Below, in pieces: positions 8,629 through 18,541 of a DNA stretch of 64,000 nucleotides; within the stretch, counting starts at the first letter, position 1; each line of letters starts with the position of its first letter. This DNA comes from Nitrososphaeria archaeon (GTDB taxonomy: Archaea > Thermoproteota > Nitrososphaeria > Nitrososphaerales > JAAOZN01), in NCBI GenBank assembly GCA_029775855.1, contig JARVJZ010000004.1:32001-96000 (forward strand), written 5' to 3'. The translations under genes were made by a program, and so were the position numbers. Below the pieces are notes generated by a model. The model searched no databases. It saw only the letters and a program-made list of their open reading frames with translations, and was not told the origin of the DNA.

Positions 8629-10356
8629 TTATAGTGGAAATGGCATAAATGCTCTAAGTAAACATACCGCTGTGACGGTCATTACTACGAGAATTAGAGA
8701 ATGTTTGAACCCTTGAGCTACGCTACTTTCACCCATCTTGCCTGCTACAAGCCCTATTATCCAGCTTTGAAATACCGCTGCGGTAAGCAACATGTCTGTC
8801 GTAGACTTTAAGCTGGCTTGTGTGGTAAGTGGGTTGGCGATGTGTGTAGATGCAAGTGGCTGCATTATGAAGAATATAGTGAGGAATAGGCTGACTACCA
8901 TCAATATCGCTGAGAAGTATGTAATAAATACATATGGTTTAAGTGAAGAGCGTTTTGACCGCTCTAACTCATCTACTTTATACGTGAATGTGGCCATCTC
9001 AACAAAGCTTTTTAGCGTTCCGCCTCCAACATCTATCACCTCCATAACAATGCTTCCTATTACCTTAGTGAGCCAGCTGTTGACTTCCGTGTTGAATGTT
9101 GAAATTACTTTTCGTAGCGGAAGCCCCCAGCTAAGTTGATAGCTCATCTTCTTGATGTGCTTCGTCAAATTACCATAATTCCTATCAGCTAGTGACTCTA
9201 TACACTTTTCAGGAGAAAGCCCCATCTTTCTACCCTCAGCAATGCCTTTAAGAAAGAGTGGAAGCATCTTCTCTAAGGCATACCTATTCTTTGCTTCACG
9301 GTATGCTTGAACTCCTGGTAAAGCTACGCAAACCATAAGCGCTACGGCTGTGATCATATAATGTGGTATAAGGTGTGCGGCACTGTATCTGAGCATAAAG
9401 TAGATGAGTCCACCAACTATTGATGAGATAAAAAAGAGCTTGTATGATCTCCAGTCCATAAACGGCTGCTTAAACTGAATCTGATCTAAAATCCAGATGT
9501 AAATAAAGGATATGAGAGGCACACCTAAAAATGAGAATAGAAGTATGCTCTCTAGACCCGTATTCAGGTTTGATAACATAGTCTGCATCTGATATACCGC
9601 AAAAAGGCTAATCCCCAGCACAGCGGTTAGGATGATGTACGATTCAGCTAGCATACTTATTGTGTCTGAGGCTCTTTTGATCCTAGCACTTCTTTCTTCA
9701 TATATTTCGCTTAGTTTTACGTTAAGGTAGTTTACATGGTCCCCGCCCATCTTTAGAGTTGTGGTGTAGCCGTTAAGAAAGTCTGAAAATGTTCTGTTAG
9801 GGTTGTATTTGGCAGCTTTCTCTAACGCTGAGAGTGGGTCTAAGCCGAACACATCTATATCAACCAATATTCTCTTGGCTTCTTTTGAGGACGCAGGGAA
9901 GATGCTGCTCAACTCCGCTATCCTCCTTAAGGCGATTATAGGCGACAAACCGCCACCCGCCATAGCCGCCATAAAGCCTATCAGAAAAGGGATCTCAGTA
10001 TCAAGAGCAGCTGCACGAGAAGACTGACTAAATTTAGGTGCGTTCCACACAAGTAAAAATGCTAGGGGTGGTACTAAAATTAGAAGAGCGGTTGGGGTTA
10101 CGCCTGCGATTATGCCTAAGATACATCCAAGTGTCGCTACAATAACTGATAATGTGGTAACAAGAAGTGCTACGGAAACCAAGCCTTGAGGAGACACATG
10201 TAGATCTGATTTGAGGAGTTCTTCTTTTAATTCTGGCGTTGCTCTTGAAATCGATTCTGCGTAACGTTGGAATATTCTGTACGCAAATCCTGTGAACTTG
10301 TCGAAAAAGCTGAGGTTCATGTCTAAACGTTCTGAATTGAATCTCCTTACATTCAT
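8629..10356 (-). CDS. Type IV pilus membrane platform protein (PilC/TadC/ArlJ family, two T2SSF domains)
   Basis: Multiple TM helices; G.DPLSALE..A..NP; GLVAGKMGESSVAQGFKHSLIL; adjacent to the assembly ATPase. Confidence 0.9.
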   Translation of the reverse strand: MNVRRFNSERLDMNLSFFDKFTGFAYRIFQRYAESISRATPELKEELLKSDLHVSPQGLVSVALLVTTLSVIVATLGCILGIIAGVTPTALLILVPPLAFLLVWNAPKFSQSSRAAALDTEIPFLIGFMAAMAGGGLSPIIALRRIAELSSIFPASSKEAKRILVDIDVFGLDPLSALEKAAKYNPNRTFSDFLNGYTTTLKMGGDHVNYLNVKLSEIYEERSARIKRASDTISMLAESYIILTAVLGISLFAVYQMQTMLSNLNTGLESILLFSFLGVPLISFIYIWILDQIQFKQPFMDWRSYKLFFISSIVGGLIYFMLRYSAAHLIPHYMITAVALMVCVALPGVQAYREAKNRYALEKMLPLFLKGIAEGRKMGLSPEKCIESLADRNYGNLTKHIKKMSYQLSWGLPLRKVISTFNTEVNSWLTKVIGSIVMEVIDVGGGTLKSFVEMATFTYKVDELERSKRSSLKPYVFITYFSAILMVVSLFLTIFFIMQPLASTHIANPLTTQASLKSTTDMLLTAAVFQSWIIGLVAGKMGESSVAQGFKHSLILVVMTVTAVCLLRAFMPFPL

Positions 10357-10357
10357 T

Positions 10358-11950
10358 CTAAAACACTTCCGCCTCGATCTCTACATCCATCTTCGGCAGT
10401 TCGGCTGATATCTTAGAAAACATGCTGTTGGGGGATGAGGCGTAATCTTCTAAAATCAGAGAGAGTTCTTTGTAGTTTCTGATGTTCTTTTGCTGAACCC
10501 ATTTCAACACAAGACTTCTCCTTCTTATCTCATCTTCCAATTCTTCTATCGAGAGGCCAAGGTCTCTTGATAACCTTGCGAGCTTTATGCTCTTCTTAAA
10601 GGGTTGAGCGGTAAATGTGTCTGAAATTGGATCCCACTCGAACATCTTGAGGTAGTTTCCAACGTTTATCACTTCTTCGACCGATACTATTCTTCTAATG
10701 ATCTTTGAACTCGATTGAGAGGGCAACGTGATTCTTTTGATCACAAATACGAGGTCGAGAAATGGTATGAAAGAGGGTGCTACATCCATAGGTTTTGATG
10801 TTAGACGCTGTATAGCTGAAGCTGCATCGTCAGCATGTAGGGTACAAAGCCCTCCATGCCCAGTTCCTATTGCTTGAAATAGCACGTAAGCTTCTTCTCC
10901 CCGCACTTCACCTACTACAAGAATGTCTGGTCTCATCCTCATTGCAACCTTTACAAGATCAAACAGACCAACTTCAGTCGATCTTTCACCACCTGTGTAG
11001 TAGATCGGTCTGGAAGTGAGGGCAACCCAGTTTGAATGTGCTATATTTATCTCTCTGACCTCTTCTATTGTGATGAGTTTTGAATTCATGCGGGTTAGTG
11101 TTAGAAGTGCGTTTAGCAGCGTGGTTTTGCCAGAGCCTGTAGTTCCGACTACTACGGCCGTAGCTCTATTCTCCATCAGCAGCCAAGCATATGCTGCTAA
11201 GGTGTGGTTTAGCACGTTTAGGTTGAGCATATCCACTATGGTGATAGGGTCCTCTCTGAACTTTCGTATTGTGAAGGTGCCGCCGTTGGGCGAAATTTCA
11301 CGCTTATATGTCGCTGATAACCTATGCCCCCCTGGTAGGGTGCCTTGGATTATTGGGTAGGCTGTTGATATATGCTTTCCAGACATGTGACATAATCGTG
11401 TTATTAAGTTGTCTACAGATTCTTCTTCCTTTAGTTTGATGTTGGTTGCGAGGCTCTCGTATCTGCGGTGGAATACAAAGACTGGTCTTCCAACACCGTC
11501 TAAAGATATGTCCTCTATGTTTGGATCTCTCATAAGTCCGTCCAGTATGCCGAATCCTACCAAGTCTCTTTCTGCATAGTAGAGTATCTTGTTCCAAGAG
11601 GTTAAGGAGACTTTTCTCTTATATTTTATCAGCACCCTCTTACCCTGCTGCATAAAGTATTCCCTTGGGTTGATCTTATCTCTCGGCACTGTAAGCTCGT
11701 TTTCTAGAATGTTGAGAAGGTGTGTGTATACGCTTGCCTCTATAGGGTTTAGAGGCACCTCGTCCAAGAAGTAGATCTTTGTTGATGAAGAAGGTTCCTG
11801 GGCTATTGTTGCGTAAGCGAATGGTGCGTTTAAAGGGTAGCGCTCCAAGATCTTGTAGGATGCTGGTATAGCTTCGCCAAGCGTGGGGAATCTTAACTGC
11901 TCTTCTTGCTCTCTTGTATTTCTTTTGAGCATCTTAAAGATCTGTACCAA
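10358..11950 (-). CDS. Type IV pilus assembly ATPase (PilB/ArlI/VirB11 family)
   Basis: DPNIEDISLDG, FTIRKF, Walker A GTTGSGKTT, MRMRPDILVVGEVRGEEA, TGHGGLCTLHA. Confidence 0.94.
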   Translation of the reverse strand: MVQIFKMLKRNTREQEEQLRFPTLGEAIPASYKILERYPLNAPFAYATIAQEPSSSTKIYFLDEVPLNPIEASVYTHLLNILENELTVPRDKINPREYFMQQGKRVLIKYKRKVSLTSWNKILYYAERDLVGFGILDGLMRDPNIEDISLDGVGRPVFVFHRRYESLATNIKLKEEESVDNLITRLCHMSGKHISTAYPIIQGTLPGGHRLSATYKREISPNGGTFTIRKFREDPITIVDMLNLNVLNHTLAAYAWLLMENRATAVVVGTTGSGKTTLLNALLTLTRMNSKLITIEEVREINIAHSNWVALTSRPIYYTGGERSTEVGLFDLVKVAMRMRPDILVVGEVRGEEAYVLFQAIGTGHGGLCTLHADDAASAIQRLTSKPMDVAPSFIPFLDLVFVIKRITLPSQSSSKIIRRIVSVEEVINVGNYLKMFEWDPISDTFTAQPFKKSIKLARLSRDLGLSIEELEDEIRRRSLVLKWVQQKNIRNYKELSLILEDYASSPNSMFSKISAELPKMDVEIEAEVF

Positions 11951-11956
11951 AGCTTT

Positions 11957-12961
11957 TCACCCACTGTATAGTGTGGTGACATAAGGTGAATTTTGACCAT
12001 AGTTTGCAGGCGTGCTCCATATTTGACTGTAGTCTACGCCGATCCAGCCGTGAGAGAGTATTAGCACACCAGCTAAGGTGCCAGAAGGTGGAACTTCATC
12101 GCCCGAAAGTGTAACCGGCTGAAATGTGTAAGGTGTTCTTGACGCAAAGACAAGTACTTTTGGCTTATCGTATTCTAGTTCGATGGGTGTGTAGGTGTTT
12201 AATATTGTGTTTGACTGGTTTGAGACTATGTACCAAGTAGCTCTTCTCATGCTTGAACCTACTCCCCAAAACTGAAATATTCTGGTATATCCATCTAGGA
12301 TTATATTCTTCTGGGCTGCGTTAAGATTTGTTACAACAACTGAAAAGGCTGACGAGTATGTGCTGATAAAACTTCTTGGTATTGTGAAGGCTTGACCTTG
12401 ATAATATAATGTTTGGTAGGAGACGCGGTAATACCCATAAGAGTCAAAGTCGAGGTAAAGATCTCCTATAGCTCCACTAGATAGGGCTCTGGCTGCTAAC
12501 TCGTTATTTACAGGAGGGTATGTCGCTGAATATATGTTTCCTCTTTCAGTTAAGAGCTTAACTTGATATTGGGTGGCGCTGCTGTATACTACGTCAGTAT
12601 TTATGGTTTCTGAAGCAAGTGGATTCAAGAAGATAGGTAGCTTTGGAGCTATGGATGTGCTGCTCGTATTATAATATGCAAGTATCTGCCCTTCTTTATT
12701 TCGCACAGTGAGCGCAACTACAGCCGAAGAGATCACACCTTTATTAGTGACCACTACTCTCATTTGATCATTTACAAAGTCCACCATAAGTTCTAACTTT
12801 TCTTTTAATATATCCTGCGCTTGTGCGCTGTTTTCGACATGTGCTCGAACGTAAAGCTTGTTAATCTGATTTACGGCGATTAAGTAAGTAGTTCCTACAG
12901 TAAAGAGCATCGTAAAGAGCATCGCAGCAGCAACAATGCCAGAGACACCCCGCTTTAACAT
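11957..12961 (-). CDS. Large minor pilin / putative adhesin with class III signal peptide
   Basis: MLKRG|VSGIVAAAMLF.. followed by a beta-rich body; in the pilus operon. Confidence 0.75.
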   Translation of the reverse strand: MLKRGVSGIVAAAMLFTMLFTVGTTYLIAVNQINKLYVRAHVENSAQAQDILKEKLELMVDFVNDQMRVVVTNKGVISSAVVALTVRNKEGQILAYYNTSSTSIAPKLPIFLNPLASETINTDVVYSSATQYQVKLLTERGNIYSATYPPVNNELAARALSSGAIGDLYLDFDSYGYYRVSYQTLYYQGQAFTIPRSFISTYSSAFSVVVTNLNAAQKNIILDGYTRIFQFWGVGSSMRRATWYIVSNQSNTILNTYTPIELEYDKPKVLVFASRTPYTFQPVTLSGDEVPPSGTLAGVLILSHGWIGVDYSQIWSTPANYGQNSPYVTTLYSG

Positions 12962-12964
12962 TCT

Positions 12965-13525
12965 TTACCACCTTTGGTAGTATATGAATATGTTTCCGTG
13001 CTTACCTAGTAAATTCACATAGTATGTTCGTCCGTTTACAAAGCCTTGCCATCCTTGAGGTATCAATAATGTGATTGTAGAGGCTTTCCCAGAAGAGAGT
13101 TTGAAGCTGGACAGCCTAGGCACTTCAAGTAAAGGGTTATTGTCTACTAGCACGTAGGTGGTGGGTTCGTTTAGATTTACGACATGAGATGCGTTATATA
13201 AGTAGTATAGCGATCTAGAGTGGTTGTAGACCAAGATTTGGTTGAACTCTAAATCTACTCCTCCACTATTATAGAGCCAGATAGTGACTGAGTTTATAGT
13301 GTAGTTTAAGTCGAGGATAGTAGCTTTCTCGTTAAGAAAGTTAACAACATCTTCCACACTCTTACCGTATAGGTTAACGCTTTCTGTGCTTCGAGCGTTT
13401 ATGTAGTAGAAGATTGCTGAGCCTGAGATGATTGTTATAGTGACTGTGAGAAGAGTAGCCATAAGCTCAGATATTCCAGCTCTCCTACGCATAATACGTG
13501 CAGCACGCATATCTACACGCTTCAC
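12965..13525 (-). CDS. Type IV pilin-like protein (class III signal peptide)
   Basis: RRRAG|ISELMATLLTVTIT; IWLYNSG motif. Confidence 0.82.
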   Translation of the reverse strand: MKRVDMRAARIMRRRAGISELMATLLTVTITIISGSAIFYYINARSTESVNLYGKSVEDVVNFLNEKATILDLNYTINSVTIWLYNSGGVDLEFNQILVYNHSRSLYYLYNASHVVNLNEPTTYVLVDNNPLLEVPRLSSFKLSSGKASTITLLIPQGWQGFVNGRTYYVNLLGKHGNIFIYYQRW

Positions 13526-13584
13526 AACAACCAGATTTTATATCATTTATGTAGCAATGATATGGATTACTAATATATTTCGAA

Positions 13585-13624
13585 ATAAAAAAATATTCTA
13601 GAAGCGCCACCAGCACCGGCGCTT
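13585..13624 (-). terminator. GC-rich hairpin plus T-tract downstream of the major pilin gene
   Basis: AAGCGCC (13602-13608) pairs with GGCGCTT (13618-13624), 9-nt loop; followed on the - strand by TATTTTTTT. Confidence 0.6.
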
Positions 13625-13645
13625 GACTACGTAGCCCTAACCAGC

Positions 13646-14131
13646 CTATACGAAGGTTCCAACGAAAGGTACTTGGGCACCGTTCGATAGTACAACTGCG
13701 CCTGTGAACTGCTGACCTGAGGTAGGTAGACTACTAAGACCAGTTATATAAATGGTTTGAGTACCGCCAGCTGAGATTGTACCACTACTAGCACTGGCAA
13801 AGTATGTTGAGCCACCATATGTTAGTGAAAGGCCGCTTATGCCTATGCTGCTTGTTCCAGAGTTAACTAATATTATGGTTCCGACATAATTTTGTGGTTC
13901 TTGACCAACTTGGATCACGAATGTTCCTGCTTGTTGCGGAACCGCTATTTGGGCATATGTTACCGAGACTTGTGCTGTTGAGGTTTGTGAGCTGAAGACG
14001 CCGAATATGAATCCGCCTACGGCTACTGCTGCGACGAGTGTGACCGCTACGAGTGTCAGTGTGGCTATGATGGGTGATATCGCTTTCCTCTTGTTTCTAC
14101 ATCTTCCTTGCATAGGCGGATGAAGGTTCAA
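13646..14131 (-). CDS. Archaeal type IV pilin, probably the major subunit
   Basis: KRKA|ISPIIATLTLVAVTLVAAVAVGGFIFG; Ser/Gly/Thr-rich globular domain. Confidence 0.88.
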   Translation of the reverse strand: MNLHPPMQGRCRNKRKAISPIIATLTLVAVTLVAAVAVGGFIFGVFSSQTSTAQVSVTYAQIAVPQQAGTFVIQVGQEPQNYVGTIILVNSGTSSIGISGLSLTYGGSTYFASASSGTISAGGTQTIYITGLSSLPTSGQQFTGAVVLSNGAQVPFVGTFV

Positions 14132-14231
14132 CTTAATTTAAAATTCTTGTGGATTCTCGCTTTATCTTCTAAATATGGAATCAGAATACATAAGATTTAA
14201 AATGTGTTACTAGCATCTTTATACCCTTGAT

Positions 14232-14732
14232 ATGGAGCCAGTAACGAAATCGATTATGGACGCATCTATGTTGCGTATAGTGAGGGAGACGCAGAGCACA
14301 CTTGCACAGCTCATAGAGATGCACGATTTACAGACAAACTATACTCTAAGACTCTTGGGTTCATTAAGGTCTCTTCAAGCATTTATCAAAGATACTATTC
14401 CAGTAGACCCGAATAAGCTTGGATGCCCCTATCACAACATCAAAGAAGCATATCTACTACCAGAAGCCCAGATACTAATGATTAGAGAAGATGGCAAAAT
14501 AGCATCCGAATCGCTAACCAGTTTGGAGCCCGCTAAAGTATTAGCAGTACTAGAGGAGTGCCTACCAGCCATCAACCAAATCATAGCAGCGAAGAAGCAG
14601 ATGGTTGAGGAGCGAGTCGAACTGCTTGAGCAGCTGGTAAAGGAGTTCAAGAAGATCAATGAAACACTGAACCCTGTAGATGAAAGTAATTTAGCCGAAG
14701 ATGTTGTTCAAAAGGCGCTTAGTGAAGCATAA
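14232..14732 (+). CDS. Hypothetical protein with a C-terminal coiled coil
   Basis: Plausible ORF with TATA-like TTTATA upstream; heptad-rich C-terminus. Confidence 0.65.
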   Translation: MEPVTKSIMDASMLRIVRETQSTLAQLIEMHDLQTNYTLRLLGSLRSLQAFIKDTIPVDPNKLGCPYHNIKEAYLLPEAQILMIREDGKIASESLTSLEPAKVLAVLEECLPAINQIIAAKKQMVEERVELLEQLVKEFKKINETLNPVDESNLAEDVVQKALSEA

Positions 14733-14744
14733 AGAGGAAGACTT

Positions 14745-15227
14745 TTGAACATAAAGCAGGAGAAAGCCCAAGTAATAGATGGGTTGAAGACCTTCTACGA
14801 ATTTGAGGAGCTAAAAGCTTTCGGCAGTGACCTATTAAGATACTATGAAGCGAGAGTGGAGCAATACAGCCAAAGACTAGACACAATGCTTAGGCAACAA
14901 AGTAATGGAAAGGGCGTGGTCAACAAGCCTCAATCTCATATTTCTAGTGGGTGGATTAGAGTCGGAACTTTAGTTGTCAACATGAGTAACCCCGTTCAAG
15001 CGACGACCGAACTCCTCTTTAAGCTGCTTGAAGATGCCAAAGCTAAACTAGATGCGACGAAATCCTTTCTTGAATCGTTAGAGAGTGTCTTAAACATAGG
15101 CGCGAATAAAGAAGTAAACTATCTTCTATGCGTAAGGAATGGTGTCCCAGAGAAAATAATCCTTGAGGAGCGTAAGAGGGGTAAGGAATTTAACTATAAT
15201 GTGAAGCTTCAAGTAGTATCTGATTAG
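14745..15227 (+). CDS. Hypothetical helical-hairpin/coiled-coil protein
   Basis: GAGG RBS; two long amphipathic helices; ends in NGVPEKIILE. Confidence 0.65.
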   Translation: MNIKQEKAQVIDGLKTFYEFEELKAFGSDLLRYYEARVEQYSQRLDTMLRQQSNGKGVVNKPQSHISSGWIRVGTLVVNMSNPVQATTELLFKLLEDAKAKLDATKSFLESLESVLNIGANKEVNYLLCVRNGVPEKIILEERKRGKEFNYNVKLQVVSD

Positions 15228-16885
15228 AAGAGACTAGAAAGTTCAAAGTATGCTCTTACAAAAAACTTCATCATCTGATAGGGCTCCATCAAATCGCAGT
15301 TTACGGTAAAGAACCCACGTATAGATGGATTAGTTATACCTATACCAAGCAGAAGCACGCCAGACCTAGACGTTTTACGTATCTTAAAAACAAGTTCGCG
15401 CTCTATACCTGTATACCCAACAGGATACCCATCGGATATAACCATCAAGATCCTGGGTTCAACAGGAAGGGAGGTTAGGGCTTTGGAGCAAACTGAAATC
15501 GCATCTGGCAGAAAGGTAGAGCCACCTTGTAGTAAACCACCGATACGTGCCTTAACATCCATAGAGTACGGTTCGTTGAAGTCCTTAAGAACAAGAAAGT
15601 TGTTATTAAACGCAAATAGACCCCAGAGGTTGCGCTCAGAGAATAGATCTTTTGCCACCTCAGCCAAACATACTGCCAACTTCCTAACTTCGGGTGCTGT
15701 GGAACCAATGCTTTTACTTGCGTCGAGCAGAATAGCCCAGGCTTCACGTTTAAGCACTTTCTCATCTCTTGTGAAGACATCATTTCTTAAACTCCTTGAA
15801 GCTACAACCTGTATCGCGGTCTGCGTATCCAACTGCCCACTTTCGTCACCGCTTACTTCATCTTCAGCCGTCTTTAGCAACCTAAGTTGATTCCTGATAT
15901 TTGCTATAACCCCTGCCAGATTAGCCCTTATACGAAGAAACATCGCATAGTCACCACGTGGGACCACTAAATCCTCAAGTCTCGTGGCGGCGATGATTTT
16001 TTCAAACCGCTCCTTTAGCTTATTTATTTTAACCTCCGCTGCTTCGAATTCTTGCAAGTTTTCTAGTTTCTCATCTCTCAATTCTTCTGCCTTCAAACCT
16101 AAACTACTGAAGCTTCTACGTAAAAGTTCTTGGGATTCATCTATCGAACTCCCTTTGAAAACATTTGTTCTACCATGTGACTCGGTGTAGGGAAAAGAAG
16201 GAATCTCTGTCAACGACCCTCTTCTATATAGAGCGGAATACATAAGTTGTGCGCCTTCTATAAGTTTGTTCTGTTCACCGCTTTCAACTGCCTCGAGCAC
16301 AAGCTCCCTGAGCTTCTTGGTAGTTTTTATCGCTTCTACATCCAGCGGTGTTAAAGAACGCATACTATTCTCTAACCCCCATGCCGCCAACAAGAGAACT
16401 GTAGCGTATCTAAGAGGCTCATCGTAGAGAAGCATATGCTGATTTAGTCGCAGTGCAGAGAGGTAATTAGAGTATGCTATATCATAAAGGATACCAGGGT
16501 GGTTCTTAGCAGCTCTGTATGTTGCGTGTAGGTCTTCAAGAAGTGTCACACAAAATATTGCAGCCTTTGTATCCTTGCCCTTAGCCCAAGACTTGTAAAC
16601 CTCAAAGTTTGAGTACGCTATGTGAATTGCTGCGTGATACAGTGAAGCCTTGAATGTTCTCCATAAATTTGACCAGCCCTCTACATTAGTTTCATAATAC
16701 TCGCCGTGGAGGGTATAAAGGTCGCTTCTTAAGCGCTTTGGAAGAGGTATTTTGACGACATACCCTGCCTCATCAAATGATAATATCGGGTAAGTTAAAT
16801 GTTCATCTAAGATCAACCTTACTTTATCGAAGTCTTTCTGCGCTATGTCTATAAAGGTGTTCCAAGCAAAGTTAAGTATGTTCAT
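15224..16885 (-). CDS. VWA-domain protein, NorD/CbbO-like
   Basis: SGQLD; intact MIDAS LLDASKS...GST...ISDGYP; directly downstream of the AAA+ gene. Confidence 0.85.
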   Translation of the reverse strand: MNILNFAWNTFIDIAQKDFDKVRLILDEHLTYPILSFDEAGYVVKIPLPKRLRSDLYTLHGEYYETNVEGWSNLWRTFKASLYHAAIHIAYSNFEVYKSWAKGKDTKAAIFCVTLLEDLHATYRAAKNHPGILYDIAYSNYLSALRLNQHMLLYDEPLRYATVLLLAAWGLENSMRSLTPLDVEAIKTTKKLRELVLEAVESGEQNKLIEGAQLMYSALYRRGSLTEIPSFPYTESHGRTNVFKGSSIDESQELLRRSFSSLGLKAEELRDEKLENLQEFEAAEVKINKLKERFEKIIAATRLEDLVVPRGDYAMFLRIRANLAGVIANIRNQLRLLKTAEDEVSGDESGQLDTQTAIQVVASRSLRNDVFTRDEKVLKREAWAILLDASKSIGSTAPEVRKLAVCLAEVAKDLFSERNLWGLFAFNNNFLVLKDFNEPYSMDVKARIGGLLQGGSTFLPDAISVCSKALTSLPVEPRILMVISDGYPVGYTGIERELVFKIRKTSRSGVLLLGIGITNPSIRGFFTVNCDLMEPYQMMKFFVRAYFELSSLF

Positions 16886-16901
16886 AGACAGGGTTGCAAC
16901 T

Positions 16902-17885
16902 CTATTTTTTCTTGCTGAAGATCAGCTGCAGCGTTGTTCTAATGCTGTTCTGCACCTCTGCGTCATCTGATGCCACACCTACAATGGTCTCTTCAGCAGC
17001 CACAAGAGGTGGTAACCCATCTGCTATGAGCGTTGCCCAGTTGATTAGGTCTCCCACAGAAGGTGCGTAGGGTAAGTCTCCACTCTTATATCGTCTTCTT
17101 AATTCAGCAGCAGCCCTTACTATACTCTCGGATAATTCTCTTGAAACCTTTGTTCTTTCGCATACAAGATCTATTTCACGCTCTGAAATGTTTGAACCAA
17201 CGCTTAAATAGTCGAAGTTTATCCATACGCTTAGCCTCCTCCTAAAGGCTACGTTAAGAGGCTTTGTCCCGGCAAATTCGACTGAATATGGGTTCATGCT
17301 AATAATTACGTAACCGTATTTATGTCTGGGTATTACCTCGTTGTCTTTTTCTGCCAAGACAAGATGCCCTCTAGTATCTAGGAGTGGGTTAAGGCGTGTT
17401 GCTACATCTTGCTTCATCATATTAGCCTCATCAAGATAGAGAATCCCACCGTGCCTACACCAAGAAACAATCAAGCCGTCTACCCAGTTCTCCTTACCAA
17501 GACCGACAAACCTCCCGAACAAATCATATACAGATGTCTGAAGACTGCAGTTAATCTCCCAAAGAGGTAAACCCGCAATCTTCGCGACCAAGTAAACTAC
17601 ATGTGTCTTGCCAGTTCCACTCGGTCCTATGAGCGCACACTGCTTAAAGTGATAGAGGGCACGCATAAGTCTTTGAACATACCGCTCAGTGTCTACAAAT
17701 TCAGGGACATCTCTTGGCACAAGGTTCTTTAGTGATTCCGGTAGTACGTAGCCGGCGCTAAGATCATATTGTGACACCTCATATTTTGTCTTAAGCCTCC
17801 CTTCACCAACCTTCTGTGTGATGTCAAGCTTTAGGCGAAGCTTAACATTAGCACCCTCGGCCCTAACTACCTTTTCAACACTCAA
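16902..17885 (-). CDS. MoxR-class AAA+ ATPase, CbbQ/NirQ/NorQ/GvpN type
   Basis: GPSGTGKT; DLFGRF; WVDG; LYLDEAN; LNPLLD; SMNP...GTKPLN.AFRRR. Confidence 0.9.
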   Translation of the reverse strand: MSVEKVVRAEGANVKLRLKLDITQKVGEGRLKTKYEVSQYDLSAGYVLPESLKNLVPRDVPEFVDTERYVQRLMRALYHFKQCALIGPSGTGKTHVVYLVAKIAGLPLWEINCSLQTSVYDLFGRFVGLGKENWVDGLIVSWCRHGGILYLDEANMMKQDVATRLNPLLDTRGHLVLAEKDNEVIPRHKYGYVIISMNPYSVEFAGTKPLNVAFRRRLSVWINFDYLSVGSNISEREIDLVCERTKVSRELSESIVRAAAELRRRYKSGDLPYAPSVGDLINWATLIADGLPPLVAAEETIVGVASDDAEVQNSIRTTLQLIFSKKK

Positions 17886-17990
17886 CTTCTTTCTAGTATT
17901 TGAAAACGCTTTAACAGATTAAACATTTATGAATTTAAGATATGTAGCTGAAATCCGTCTAACTTTTAACTCAAGGCTTTGTAGAAGTGG

Positions 17991-18401
17991 ATGATGGAAA
18001 TCATCGTCCTTTTGACAAGCATCCAAGCTACCAGATTATCAGAGGAGACTGATGAAGACGCTGATGTGGTATTCGAAGTAGATGCATCACTCTCTGAAAC
18101 GCGACGTTCATCGGACAAGATGAACATAAGGTTTAAGATAGACCTAGAGACTCAACCACAGATAGCCAAGGTCTCGCTTTCGGGTCTAACAACGATACAG
18201 GGAGAAGCAGATGAGGTGGAAAGGCTGATACACGTACAAGAAAGAAAACCTCCAAAAATATTCATGAAAATCTACCATAGACTTTACCCAACACTCTATC
18301 TACTATGCTGCGCATTAAAGATACCTTGCCCAGGACCAAAGCTTCTAGTAAACACAAACATAGTAGAAGCACAGGAGGTCCCCCAAAACGTTGAATCTTA
18401 G
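17991..18401 (+). CDS. Hypothetical protein, possible SecB-like alpha/beta fold
   Basis: About four alternating beta strands, then an amphipathic helix and LKIPCPGP; fold call is inference. Confidence 0.55.
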   Translation: MMEIIVLLTSIQATRLSEETDEDADVVFEVDASLSETRRSSDKMNIRFKIDLETQPQIAKVSLSGLTTIQGEADEVERLIHVQERKPPKIFMKIYHRLYPTLYLLCCALKIPCPGPKLLVNTNIVEAQEVPQNVES

Positions 18402-18541
18402 AAAAGATTTGAGCAAAGTTCTTACCTTTAAAGCTAGATTATTACTCAATATTGCTCAAAAAGACTCAAAATTTAGAAGCCAGTTATTAATCTTTAACAC
18501 ACAACTATTATATAATATTCCGTACAAGAATTAGAGGTAGA

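Noticed and set aside
8629-14131. Archaellum operon
   Set aside because: No arlH, archaellin-type N-terminus or chemotaxis genes; signal peptides fit type IV pilins
15224-17885. Rubisco activase, NO-reductase activase or gas-vesicle GvpN assignment
   Set aside because: No cbbL/M, norB or gvpA in the window; family-level call only
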